From: Lytechinus pictus
Lineage: Eukaryota
Direction: 5' to 3'
Assembly (NCBI RefSeq): GCF_037042905.1
Contig: NC_087245.1
Span: 5,954,001-6,018,000 of the forward strand
Length of the DNA stretch: 64,000 nt
Under the pieces are notes generated by a model. That model made no database searches. It was not told the DNA's origin and saw only the letters and a program-made list of their open reading frames with translations. This document shows, piece after piece, positions 25,681 to 39,541 of this stretch (within the stretch, counting starts at the first letter, position 1; every line of letters starts with the position of its first letter). A program made the translations under genes and the position numbers.

Positions 25681-27562
25681 ATTTATTTCATTCATATCTT
25701 TTTATGTATTAGAATATCTTTATACCGGATAACAAGCTCAGAATGACTGTTTTTCAGCATGGTCATGTTTACATGAAATGGCAATATATACGTAAAAAAT
25801 AAAAGAGTAACTTAAGATCTATACAAATGATTAATGAATTCAGTGACATTAAAATCAGAATTATCACTGACACAAAAACTGCTCAAAGATAACATATTCA
25901 ATTTTTGAGAAATCAGTGAATTTAAAATAGTTATCCTATAGACAACACAATAACAATAAAATATAAACTTAAGTGTATGTTATCATTGAAATAGTAAAGA
26001 ATTCAACAAAATATACGAAGGAAATTAGATGTCTAATAATCATTGAGCATAGCACACTAGATTTAAGTTGAAAATTTACAAAATAAATATCGCTAAGCAA
26101 ATTATTGGAAACTTGTTTGCTTAGAGTACGCATTTTATTATGTGAATATCATTAGTTATAAAATAATGGATAACCCAAATCATTCACACAACCAAGAAGA
26201 GAAAAATATAGTAAAATGGAACACAAATTATTTAATACTAATTATTGAAATAAAACTTCTTATCAATCAATTTGATTGTTTCGATAGTTTGTGCATTTGT
26301 CGTTCCATCGTTTCGCACCCAAAAATCCAAAGCTTGTTTGAAAATTGATAGATGAACAACGGGTGCGACTACATTAAGGCTATTATTATTTCTTGTTGTT
26401 GGCAAGAAAGTATTCTTTTTCTTTCATCAATATTAGTCCTTAACAAGTGTTTTTAAGAGAAATGTTTTGATCAAAATTTCCAGATATGTAACGTGCGGCC
26501 CCTTTTTTGTAATCTATAAATTTTGCTTTTGTTTTTATTAGTAGTATTTCCCCAAACAGGTACTCCATAATCGATGCAAGGTTGTATTCTAGATTTATAA
26601 TGTGTGTCCAATAAAGAAGGACCTAAAATTGTCTTACTTTTCCAAGGGAACGGATCTTGAATCTAATGGATTTGTATAAGTTATTGACGTGAATGTCCCA
26701 TTTAAGATGTTCATGTATTGCAACACCTAAATAACGTATTGACTTAACTTGCTCAATTTCAGTCCCATCAATAAATATTTCATAACTTCATGAGAGCGTG
26801 TTTTTAAAAATATACATTTCGTTTCGTCGACATTTATCTTTAAATGGTTAAGTTTATACCATTCATTAAGGGAATCCATATGTGATTGCAATTTTGAAGT
26901 TATTGTCTCAACATCTTTTCCAGTCTCAAATATATTAACATCATCAGCATAAATTGCTATAACACCAGCCTTAATTGATTGTAAGATATCATTTATAAAC
27001 ATCAATTATAGCGTGGGAGCAATAACTCCTTCTTGGGGTACCCCTACAGAAGTTCTTTTTTGCAGAAAGCTTTCCTTGTGAAAAACAACCTGATTTCTAT
27101 TTTTAAGGTAAAATGAAAACCACTTAATCGTATTTCCTTCTATACCATATTGTTGCATCATAAAGAGAAGAATCTCATGATCTCCACAATCGAAACATTT
27201 CGATGTATCTAAAAAAAAACATGCTCCTGTTTTTTTTTTCTTTTTCATTAAATGCACCAAGAAGTTCATCAATGACTGCAGACACGTAGCCTTTGAGTGG
27301 TGTGGTGGGAACGCATGCTGATGAGATTGTGTGTAAGGAGATATCGGAGTAATTGCCCTTGAATTTCCTTTTCTATTATTTTAGAGATGTGACTCAAGAC
27401 ATATATTGGGCGATAGTTTGCTTTTTCATTCCTTGGGCCTTTTCCTTTATAGATTGGAGTGGTGATTGCCAATTTCCAGTCTTCTGGTACATCAGCACAT
27501 TGTATAAAGATATTTAAAAAGAAAATGTAATCAGAAGAGACTTGATTTAAAACAGGTCTCAA
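25680..27562 (-). mobile_element. 5'-truncated, decayed CR1-group LINE (RT region and 3' tail)
   Basis: ORF fragments contain WKLAITTPIYKGKG, NYRPI, FLDTSKCFD, GVPQ and IYADD. Frameshifted, with an A-rich tail at ~25680. Confidence 0.9.
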
Positions 27563-28299
27563 AGGTTCTTTTAATCCTTTAGTTCCTGTTTCGTTATTTC
27601 ATCTATGTATATTTTTATATGTGACTTTTGTAAAAAACGATTGTAAATATCATATGAATAAATAAAGTCCCTCTTATGAGGATTAAAGAGAAAAAAAATA
27701 AAGATTGGTGAATATACTTTATGGTGCTGCTATTTGAAGTAATCTTGAATCAAATCCTAATACATCAATATTACTTGTTTTATCTAAATATTAAGTATGT
27801 TCTCTTCTTTCAATGTTTGCCCAAGCAGGGTGTCATAACATCTAGATACGCCACTGTCCGTATGTCATGTGATAGAAATTCCATAAAATGCCATTTTCTG
27901 AGATTTTTTTTAATCTGCGCATTCAGAGAGTGTATACTCTTTTTCATAACCGACTATTTGAGAAAAATGTCTTTAGTCATCATGAACAAATTGCAATTAC
28001 TTGATATTTCATTTCATTTCATTTCGTTTGTTTCCTACGTTAACAATATAATGGTTTTTTTTTCTTTTTTATGTACGTACAAAAACATATAGCCGATATT
28101 GTCATACAAACAGGCAAGTTTTTTTTTACCGATCTTAAGAATTGTAAGTGAATTAATAGATTGATAGCTTCAATATAACTTTTCGTATAAGGTGCTCCTT
28201 TATGAAATTCCCAGAATTTGGATTTGGAGTGCCTGGGGTACTTATTACATCATCGAAAATTACTATGCCTATATCCAATATTCATATAGAAATGACCTG

Positions 28300-28438
28300 G
28301 GGGCCGTTTCATAAAGCTGTTCGTAAGTTAAGAGCGACTTTAAGAACAACTGGTGATCCTTTCTTACGCGCTAACCCATCGCTAAATGTCGTTCTTTAAG
28401 TCGCTCTTAACTTACGAACAGCTTTATGAAACACCCAC
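28300..28438. mobile_element. CWG-target palindromic MITE
   Basis: ~45-bp near-perfect arms gtttcataaagctgttcgtaagttaagagcgactt / aagtcgctcttaacttacgaacagctttatgaaac, flanked by ctg and cag. Confidence 0.8.
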
Positions 28439-28741
28439 CAGTACAGGTATTATCGTTACATATAATAAGTGTGATTGAAGAATATTGTATATATTATATT
28501 ATAAATCATGCCAAGGTTCACTATATCATTTATATTTTTATAACTATCTTGAAATCCGATACAGACAATGCTATTCTTTTTACCCCGAGTGCCGACAAAA
28601 TTCTAGAGATATTAAAGTATATCTTCATTTTTTCTCTAAGTCGCATATACCGTAGACATTATTTTTTCTGATTTTGACGTGTGTTATACATGTACTACAT
28701 GTGTATTATTATACGTATTGTTACTATTATACGTTATATAT

Positions 28742-29030
28742 CAGGGGCGGATCCAGCTTTTTATAAAGGGGGGGGGTTGGGGTGGTATGCGAGGGAGCGT
28801 AGCGACCGAGTCCAAGCGAGCGGAGCGAGCTAGGGGGGAGGGTGTGGGAGGGGGTTGTCCCCCCTCCCACAGTAGGGAAAATTTTTGAAAATCTGTGTGT
28901 GAAAATGGCGTTTTCTTGCATCTAATAAAATTACAAGTTAAAAAAAAAAGATAAGATTTAAAAAATGGTCCCCGGATTTTTTTTTGGGGGGGGTTGCAAC
29001 CCCCCAACCCCCCCTCTAGATCCGCTTCTG
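28742..29030. mobile_element. GC-rich MITE (caggggcggatcc termini)
   Basis: caggggcggatcca ... tagatccgcttctg imperfect TIR, with tatata flanks. Confidence 0.7.
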
Positions 29031-32000
29031 TATATACCGTTACACATCTAGCAGGAAAGAAATCAGTTGTTTTGATTCACCTTCCAAATATATTATAGAC
29101 CATGACTTAGAAAGTTTTTGGAATGCAACAGAATACAATACATGCTGATGTTCCCACGTGAACAATTAAACCACTCGGTAGTTCATGCATGGAAATCTGA
29201 CAAAAGTTCCTAATGAAATATAGAATTATGGGTCATTGTCAAGAAGAAGACACAAAAGAAATCATATTTACCAACTGGGTGTGGAGGGGTTAGAGCGCAT
29301 TGAAAGAGAGTTCTTTCCTTTCAACTGAATATTCTGTGTATATAGTAACAGGCTGAGATCCCACGTGACAACTCTTCCCTAAAAAACGAAAATGGTATAT
29401 AGGTACCCAACAGTTTACAGGAGTCGTTAAACTATACATAATCAGTCAAACATAACCGTAACGAATAACACACACGCCTGATTAATATACAAATAATCAT
29501 GGGATTTGCTACTCATTGCTTACCATATTCGTCCTAATTAAATTCTGTAACTTTTTCAGTCACAATATATATATGAGTTAGAAGACAGTTTCAAAAGTAT
29601 TACTATAATCGATTTACCATGCTCACTTTTCTGGTATTTATATGTTTTTTTTTTAATTTAAGGTTGATTCATATAGTGTTATGTAAATTTATTAAATGAA
29701 TAAAAATAGCACACTACTTAACACAGAATAGTAATCACTTCGTTATAATCAGAATTAACTTTGAACAAAGTTCCTGAGATTTTCTTTCCTATCAACTAGT
29801 TCCAATTCCTCAAACTCATACTAAAGATCTATCTTAAATCAAGGATTGAGGTCAATCTCATTCTGAGTTTGATTTGACATGTTTGAAGCTATCGCAACTG
29901 TTTGCAAGACGGACCCAAAATGTTTCATTAACCGATAAATGGTACTCTGAAATCAACCCCAGTAGAAGTCTATCCAAACCTCAATTTTGTTGGGAGAAGA
30001 GACAACGAAATCTTTCCGAAGTCGATCAAAGAATATGGAAGTTATAATTTTTCAAAGTTTTTATAATATGACGTCACATGGGAGCAGACCTTTCCTTTGT
30101 CATTTGCTGTTAATTGCATCAAATATCCATTTTTATTAGTTAATGGTGATAGGAATTTTAAAGAATTGTCCTTACAGGAGTGTATGTACAATAAGGTGTG
30201 TGATAATTCATTTAAATCTTCATGGAAAAATGTCAATTAATACAATTTTATATTTGCTAAGACATGATGGGAGCTGATAGGAGGTGACATTATTAGATTA
30301 AACGTTTAAAAACTCTTCATTCTGTTTTCTTTGGGTTAATTTCAACAACCTTTCGACATTCTGTGTCTTTTATTTTTCCGATTTTATTAAACCAAAGGTA
30401 CTGAACTTTACCATGTTCACCTTCAATGAATGTATTATTCTCATCTCCAGGGGACCGATTCAGAAAGGAATTAAAGGCCACCGCACACCTTACGACTGTT
30501 CGCGATCCGATTTTGGAACGAATCGCATTTTGCTCATTTTGTCATGGTTTAGGGTCTGTTTTCTTCATAATAAATTACATTTCTTGCCTTATATCATTGT
30601 TTAGAAATTTCTGAAAGTGTGTAGAAAATCATCCTCATAGTGTATTAGTCAGATTGATGTCATTATGGTTTTCGCCTTTTCGATCATTAGCATATGGGGG
30701 TGGGGGTATTCCAAAACGTGTCATTGTGCGTATTCTAAACCAGAGCCAAGTGTTCATCCTTCAGAATTCTAGATCAAGAATAAGAAATCACACAATAGTT
30801 CTGAATTCTGAATTAATGGGTCATTACCAAGAGAATAGAACTCAAAAGTATAGATTGCTTGCCAGGAGCATGAAGAGGAAGTATACTGAAAATGTTATTT
30901 AAAAGATGACATGAATGTTATCGTATTGCTTTTAGGTCCCTTTCGCTTCAGCCTGAATGGCGGGTTTAACGTATTTGAATTATGCGACATTTGAATTCTA
31001 TTTCATTTATAAGTAATAATGGGGGTTACAATATTTTCATGATTTTTTTCTAAGGAAAATGTTTTGTTAAAATTTTTGAGGAAATAGTGCTTTAAAGCGC
31101 AAACCAAATAAATGTTCATGTCAAACTGTAAAATGGATGGCCTTATGCAGTTTTTTTTTCTTGGGAAGGCAAGACGCCTCAAACTTTTCGAAACAAATTG
31201 AAATCTCGGGAGCGAAGCGACCGATCATAATTATATCGGGGGAGGTTTTGCACTTTAGATTTCGTGCTTACTTTTTGTAAATTGTGAAAATGTTCAGTAA
31301 AGATGAAAGTTTTCGAATGAAAGAGGAAGGATTTCAATACTCTGTAAAGTATTATCCGTGGAAAGATATTTGATGAGTGTTACATGGATATCAAATGCAT
31401 CCTATACAGATTACCATCAGATGAACATTCAACTGTATAGGATTGTGTGGTTTGCGCTCATCATGTCCTCTCCATAACCATTGATTCCTGTGTTATCATG
31501 AGATCGCTTGCATCGAATGATGTTGACTGATTTCTGATTTGGCTAACCAACAACATAACCAGTGGCCATGGCCCAAGCCCCCCCCCCCCCACCTTTCTAA
31601 ACCGCAGTGGAATAGACATTACATGGTTATTGTACCTGAACTATCTCAGAACCATGAAACCATCGATGTAAAGCTTATTATTGAAAGGATTATTAACTTG
31701 CCGCAAACATAAATATAAGTTTTATTCAGAAGAGGCGACGAGGAAGAACAAGTACTTTATCACGTAAGATATCACTTTATGAACATCCATGTTCATGCTT
31801 TGTCATGCTGATAAATAATAGTGAAACAGGGCTATTGGTATTTTGCTCACTCATTCGCCCCACTCGTATGCACATAATCAAGTTATGACACCAATGTGTA
31901 AATTTTCAACATAAGAACTTACTATTCCTTAAGGTTATCATATTTTACGTTTTCGTTCTGTTGGTGGAAATTGAAAATAGTTTGACATCTCTTCTTCAAG

Positions 32001-32559
32001 TAAAATCTCCAATCAAAACTTACCCAAATGACTCTCCTAACTTTTGAAAGGTAGTTTTTTACCTTCAATACGTGCTCACTAAAATATATGATGCCACAAT
32101 TTAAAAATTACATTTTGACACAGACATGAGTTGATTAAAATGGGTGAAGGAACATTCCTGCTGATAATTTTGTTTCTAGTTTAATGCGTTTTCTGTTAAT
32201 TGCATTATTTAGTGAAGGTGGCGACCAATTGGCATATTCTTTGCCCACCGCCCATGGTGTGAAATCTGTGATTATGCTAAAATTTTGACAATCCATTTGG
32301 GTTTTTTTACACAAAGTTTGGTCATTTTCCACTTCTTTTCATCATTTACTTGAACATTTCAACGTATTTGCTTTAGATAATGCACTCAATCAGAATTTAT
32401 AATAAGCTGTAACTAAATATTTCTCAATTCAATAATAGCGACACTTGTCATGTATCATTTAAAACAAATAATATACTGATATCAATACATTGGGTCATTC
32501 TTATGAAATTTACTTATAATGCTCTGAAATTTTTTGTACAGATCCGAACCAAAACTTGA

Positions 32560-33648
32560 TATTATAAAGCACTTGTTGTTACCATGAAGGGGATAGGCGA
32601 TTAACTAAAAAGTTTATGCGAGCGCGTAGCGCGAGCTCAAAAAGTTTTATTATTCCAACCCAAAACAGGACATTCTAAGGACTTTTGTGACCATGAACAG
32701 GGTGGGTATCTATCTGAACAATTGAATCGAGCGCGAAGCGCGAGCTAAAAAAAATATAGATTTTCTGACCTAAAATTTTGACATTCTAAGCACTTTTGGT
32801 CATCTTGAGTAGGATGGGCATCTAACTAAGTAGTTCATGCGAGCGCGTAGCGCGAGCTAAACATTTTTTTATTCCAACCCAAAACTGGACATTTTAAGCA
32901 CTTTTGCGACCATGAACAGGATGGGTATCTGATGCGAGTGCGAAGCGCGAGCTGAAAATTTTTGGTGATCTGACCTAAATTTTGGACATTCTGAGCACTC
33001 TTAGTAATCATGAACAGAATGGCTATCTAACTTAACATTTCATGCGAGAGCTACATTTACTTTGAATTTAAAAGTGGATAGACCTATTCTAAGCTTCATG
33101 GTATCCATGGTGAGCAGATGACTACATCTCACTTAATATGGAATATGAGCGCGAAGTGTGAGCGAAATTTTCTTTTTTATGTAATTTCACGATATTTTTT
33201 CCCATTTTCCAATTATTCCCTCCCCTTATTTTATTCACATTTCTCTTTTTATTATTATCTTGCTCTCTTCTTTCATTTTTTTTAAACATTATTTTCTTCT
33301 TCGTGGTGCGAAAAAAACTTTTTTGTTGGTTGTCTAGTTTTTCTGAAATAAATCGAATTGGGAGCGAGTTTAAAATTTGTTTATTTTTCACAGTAAAACT
33401 TTCATTTTTTACTATTCTTCATTATATAGGTTTTAAGATTTCTTTGTTTTAGCTGTTAGGTTTACCTGCTATCTTTTTCCTCCTCCTTTCTTCTTTTCTT
33501 TCTTTCTTTCTTTCTTCCTTCATTTCTTTCGTTCTTTCTTCTTTCTTTTTTCCTTTCTTTCTCCATTTCTCCTTTCCTTCCTTTTTTGTCTTTCTCTCAT
33601 TTTCCTCCTGAAGGGGATGTGTCCCCCCCCCCCGCTTCCGCCGCCTAT
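32560..33648. repeat. ~110-bp tandem array (gcgagcgcgWagcgcgagct core) in a MITE-like element
   Basis: Core motif at about 32618, 32728, 32839, 32934, 33044 and 33148. The same core occurs inside the hAT-like elements. C-rich end at ~33648. Confidence 0.75.
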
Positions 33649-33714
33649 TACTTTGCGCATTGCAAAAAACAAGGGTCCTTGCCTGCAGAGTAGGCATTGC
33701 TAGAGTATTGTGAT

Positions 33715-34050
33715 AGGGGTTTACTTCCAATTCGTCTAATAAAAATTCGTCCAATTGCCAACTCGTCTTCTATCATTTGGTCTACCATCAGTTCGTCCAC
33801 TATCCACATGGACTAATTGCCAATTCTTCCACTCATCCTTTCGTGTAATAACCAGTTGGTCCACTAGCCATTTAGTCCATATACCATTTGGTCTAATTGG
33901 ACTAAGTGTTAATTGTGCAAAATGACTGAAAATGAAATGGATATTTTACCAAACGATTATGAGACGAAATGGTCTTAGACGAAACGGTGATTAGACGAAG
34001 TGATGATTGGACCAAATATTTATCGGACGAAGTTGTTGTTAGACGAGATG
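33715..34050. mobile_element. Foldback element built from ~17-bp motifs
   Basis: Left half repeats caWttcgtcYaMt and right half repeats the complement tagacgaaatgg. Confidence 0.6.
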
Positions 34051-36595
34051 TTGTGTGTGTATGTGTGTGTCATATCAATAGAGGCTGGTATATTATATCA
34101 TAATATTCATAGCTCTGCGCCACAGTGCAATTACCAAACAAAATATATATTGCTGGTATTCAGGGAGAATTAACTCGTTACTCAATGTTTGGTTGAATGA
34201 ATTCATCGATATTACCAGCAGCGCAACATTTCTCGAAATAATGTACATGATAAATCCCATCAATATTATTACATTCGAATTATAAGATAACTATGCAGTG
34301 ATTGACCGTCACACCCTATGACCAGAAATGCTATCATTCTTTGATCGAGAACTTTAATGCTTTTGACAACATGAAAGAAAAAAAAGACATATGTAACGGC
34401 TCACACTTTGCAAACCGATCAAATACCCGTAATATTCTTTCATGAAATTATACTATAAATTTTGGAATGCCTTACACTTTGCCCAGTATCGACTAGCCCT
34501 TCGTTTGATCAAGACATACATTATGTTACTATCCATTATTTTTCTTTTACAAACCTTTTTTATCATTATCATAATTATTAAGCTGAGTTATTTTGTTATT
34601 GATGTTTCGTATACCAATATCTTTGCTACTCTTGTTACCATCATTAATATTATTATTATCCGTATTTCTATCATCGATATTCATAATCATCATCATCATC
34701 ATCATCATTATCATCATCACCACCATCACCATCTTCATCATCCTCATCATTAACATTTTAACTGTTGCTATTATTTTCATTATTGTTGTTATCGTTACGA
34801 AAAACTATTATATATTTTTTTTTCAAGTTTTTTTTTATTTCCCTCCGATAGGGCATATATTTGCATAAACATTTTAACAATTATATAATTGACATAATAC
34901 CAAGCATATCATACACACTATTATATTTAATGTTCTTACGTGGGTCTCAATGTATTCATTACAAACAATAGTCAATAAGTGTATGGGACACTCTAAGCAT
35001 TTTTAAAAATAATTTACATGAAATAGTATTTTGCATGCAAGTTGTGAATGGTAATTTCCTTTTTATTGTTTTTTGTTACTTTTCTGTTTTTATCATAATT
35101 CTTGTTTGTATATGCATATACAAATTCATATATATAGCTCCAGGGTCAAGGTTGTGAACTGACAGTCCTAAATAATATGTGCGTCGTCAGGACAACACAG
35201 GTGTGGAAAATAAACGGATCTAATTACACAGTTCATATGCCTACGTCAAATATGAATGAGTGACACAATACAATGAATAGAGCTTTCGGGTGGAGTAAAC
35301 TCTTAAGCAAATAATGCCAGGGTCCCAGGGTCGATGCCATTCATAACTTGGTTTCCTTACAGGATAATGCCGTTTGATAAATAATGTGATGACTATAATT
35401 ATAATCAACAAATTATTCCTCGTCAAATAAGTTCAATACTTCTGTCACGTCACATGCCGGACTAAAAACCAGGCGAGGTTCACACCGAAGACAAGTGATC
35501 TACTTTAAAAAAAAGCTCTGTTCATTATTTTTACTTATAGGAGTTAAAGATTAGGAAATGTATTCATACCTTTTTACTTAGTATATTATTCTAAATAAAA
35601 TGTGTAAGCTGGAATGTTTTGAGACCCATAACGTTTTCTAAATTTTTAAAGATTTGATCGATTGATATCTATAACCATGATGGCAATAAAAGAAACACTT
35701 ATACTAGTAGTGATATTAATGATAATAGTAATAATGATGAATGCAGTAAAGATAAAAATATGCATCATCATCACTAAAAATGGCAGTAATACTTAGGCAT
35801 TTCAAATAAAATCACAAGGACTATATCATCGCATAATACATACAAAATTAAGTAAGCAGTGATCAGAGTAATGATATGGCATGGACAGAAATGTAATCAT
35901 GACAAAAATGAAAAGAAAATGTGAATGTTAATAGATAATATTTTGAAGGATTTAAAATAAGTGAATGGGCATTCATCTACTGATTTGAAATTTTTAAAAT
36001 ATAGCGTTCATTAGTTCCCTCGAATTCAGAATAAAGTTTGTATGTTAGTCTGTGTAGTTTAACACGACTTACTATATACATCCACTTTGTTCCAAGAGAC
36101 AGTAAAGTAAAGTATATTAAACGTAATGTTAAGACTTTTGGCACTAGGGCAGAAATAAAAATGAGTGTCCATTGGATGTGTTCTCCTTGCAAGTCCCAAA
36201 ATCAGCGATTCCGACAACTTTTCAAATATATTCTGACATATTATAAGTTTAAATATAAGATATACATATAACATTTAAAAAGTATCCATAATTCATATGT
36301 ATTGATATTATACTACAAAATAGGGGATAGTTATGGGGAATAACAGGAATTAGCAACATTAATTGTGTTATCAAAGCTAATAATCATTTTTAGGAAAGAA
36401 AAGCAGTGAAATAATAACAAATATTAACCAAATGGCCATCACATCAAAATGGGTGTCTACACATTATTGATAAGATAAGACCTAAAGATTATACATGTAT
36501 GTATTGTTGGTATATCGTTTCATGTAACTATTTAAATTCATTACTAGATTATTTGAGAGTGTGTGCCTCATAACGGTTATGGTATGAAGGATACA

Positions 36596-36635
<40 letters not shown>

Positions 36636-36868
36636 AAAACCGATTTTACATCAAATAAATGAAATATCTGCGTATTTTTGTCTTGATCATAATAATAATT
36701 AAAAAACGTTCATTGACCACTACATATTTGTAATATTAGAATGTGTGATGATCATATTCAGGTAAAACTAACTTTACTGACCTTTACTAGGGCTTTGGAC
36801 GAGATTTAAGATGGCCGAAGTAATAATACATCATGATATATCGGCAAATGCTTGGATTCGTTGTTCTG

Positions 36869-37134
36869 GGCCCCGTCTTACAAAGAGTTACGATTGATCC
36901 AATCAATCGTAACTATGGAAATCCATCAGTGTCGTAATTTTTCTACTGGAAATTTGCAAAATGTCCTTTGTAAACAAAGGAAAACACACCAAATTTTCAA
37001 GAAATCAATTACTTTATGGATATACATTCATATCTAGAACAATTTTTGAAAAAATGCACTTCATATGTTGACTTTGCTGGCTTTTTATAGTTGCAATTGA
37101 TCAGATCAATCGCAACTCTTTGTAAGACGGGCCC
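36869..37134. mobile_element. CWG-target MITE
   Basis: ctg|ggccccgtcttacaaagagtt ... aactctttgtaagacgggccc|ctg. Confidence 0.8.
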
Positions 37135-37400
37135 CTGATGTCTTTTACCGCGCTGTATAAAAGCGGAATATTAATATTATTATTCATATTTGTATCCAAC
37201 TGAGAAGATTTGGAATTTGAAGGTAAAGCGTGAATTGTATGATTGTGGTTCCTCTGAATTGAAAACTATAAAGAAACACACATATCGCTTCCATTTTGCG
37301 ATTTTACTTTTTTTCATACGTTCTTATGGTCATAATGATAATTGAATTCTTCATATCATCGCTTAAAATTTAGTTATTTCAGCCGATAGTCACTGAATTA

Positions 37401-39541
37401 GGGTGATTCCATACGTGTCGTACGGGACATTTAGAGAACATTTGACATTTTTTTGAAAAAAAAAAAAAAAATATTCCAGTAACTAAAGGTGACCATCAAG
37501 TACTACCAGAGTGTTAGGAAAACCAAGACTTAACATGACTTGAATTCACATCCTGTATAATACAGATTTAAAATAGTAATGTTTCGTACGGACGCAGAAA
37601 AATTGTTTTTTTAGAAACCTCAAGTTTGTACTCTAAAGTCTGTGGATTGGGCAGATAATTTTCATAGAAACCGAACTCAAATTGATATTCAATTACCCAA
37701 GAACAAACACATCTATGAAAGAAAGCAAAATAAACATTTATGAATAAATAAAGCAAATTACAATTTTCGAGAACATTGTGGCGTACGGGACACTCAAAAT
37801 GTGTCGGACGGACATCTCTAAATTGAAGCCAAACTTTCTTACTATGTCTCTTTGATTTCTTCAATCACTTTATTTGGCTGATGATAATGATAGTCTTATT
37901 AAACTAAAGACATTAATTATGTTAGAAACCGCTTTTGGCTGATTATTTCTGTCAATATATCATAAACAAAATAATGTGTCGTACAGGACACTTGTGTGTC
38001 GTACGGGACACCTGTGCGTTGAACAGGCACTTGCGTGTTGTACTGGACAGCCTGAATAAAACAACGAACTTGTTATCAACGAACTTGTTAAGGGGAGCAT
38101 TGCCCCTAAATTCTTCCTTTTTAATGAAAAGCCTTTTAATAAGCATTCATTCAGGACAATATAATTAAGAAACCTCAATATATAATATCGGGAGCAATAT
38201 ATTGTCATTTTTTCATGAAGGGAAATGTACAATAGTTCACAGCATTTTTACGAGCTGAAAAACTTGAGGTTTTGTGTGAAGTTATATTTTAGTGAATGAA
38301 TTGATGATTTCCAATACACTATTTAAACAATGAATGAATGAAACTGTTTGTGGAAATTATGGGGCTAAAATGTTATGATTTTTCATAGAAAATGTATATA
38401 TACATGACTATATGTCACAACTGTCACTTGTAATTCCACAAAAAAAATTATAAAGAAATGCGATTCTACTTTTTCAAACCTTTCTGCGTTTCATAAAACC
38501 ATATGATTTGTCTTATTTTCCGTTTTTTTAACGACATAGTTTGTCTTATTTTCCAGATTCCTTTTTACAACTTGAAAAAAAGTAAGGAGTTTCAATACTG
38601 TATACAAAAATTAGTGATCATTAAGGACAGTCCAAATAGATGATTGATATGTAAATAATTTTTATAATGATTTATCTTATAATGATTTCATATTAGCATG
38701 CAAGAGGAAGTCATCTTCCAGACTTGGGTTAATCAATTATAAAGGTTTTCTTTTCATGCTCGATGACAAAGAAATTAACCTGCTCCGACCGGTGAAAATT
38801 ACCAGTTTAGCTGAAGGGATTCACCAAAGAATACGCCTACATGAAGTCAATTAAAATGGTTAGAATCACCTAATTCATGTTCTTTGGAGATTAAAAAAAA
38901 AAATCAGTTCACTTTATGTCAAATCAATTACTTAAATTAAATTAGGCCTCCATTTGAAGTTTCTGAATCCAAATCCTGCAATTAAATGCAGTATATATTG
39001 TGTGTCGTACGGGACAACTTTTAATAGAACAATTATTGAAAAATGGAGGGCAGTAATTAGATCCTTATGGGATAAATCGATCACCCATGGGTCAAAGATA
39101 GAGAAACTGAAATTGTGAAATTGAATCATCAAAAATAAAATTGTAGGAAAAACTTGCATTTTCATGTGTCGTACGGGACATTGCCAAAATAGGTTCGGAA
39201 AAATCAGGGCTGCCCCTATTATGGATCATGAAAATGTGTAGATATTATTTGGAACCATCAATGATACATTATTCCATTGACCTGCAATATTTTCAATCTT
39301 CTCATGCTTTGCCAATAAGCGTTTCAGGCAGTGTTTGTACTTGACCTTTTAATCAGCAAAATTATTGAAAATTGAATATTCCATTGTTTCCCCCAAAAAC
39401 ACTATATCTGACTTCAGTTTTAATTAAACCTCATAATTTTCATAAAGTTTAGGTATCATAGTAAAATATTACACTACGTATGATTTATTGAAAGCACGTT
39501 GAATTTTTTGATATTTTTGAAGTTCTAGTGTTGAATCGCCC
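37401..39541. mobile_element. 2.1-kb non-autonomous DNA transposon with a dispersed GTGTCGTACGGGACA motif
   Basis: TIR gggtgattccatac versus gtgttgaatcgccc (11/14 match), nine motif copies, no transposase ORF. Confidence 0.65.

Noticed and set aside
34442..34868. Poly-His, poly-Ile and poly-Met ORFs (also 23089-23295, 15941-16159, 17547-17830)
   Set aside because: They are translations of simple repeats.
37401..39200. CRISPR-like array of GTGTCGTACGGGACA repeats
   Set aside because: Spacing is irregular (20 to ~970 bp), the repeat is only 15 bp, there are no cas genes and the context is eukaryotic.
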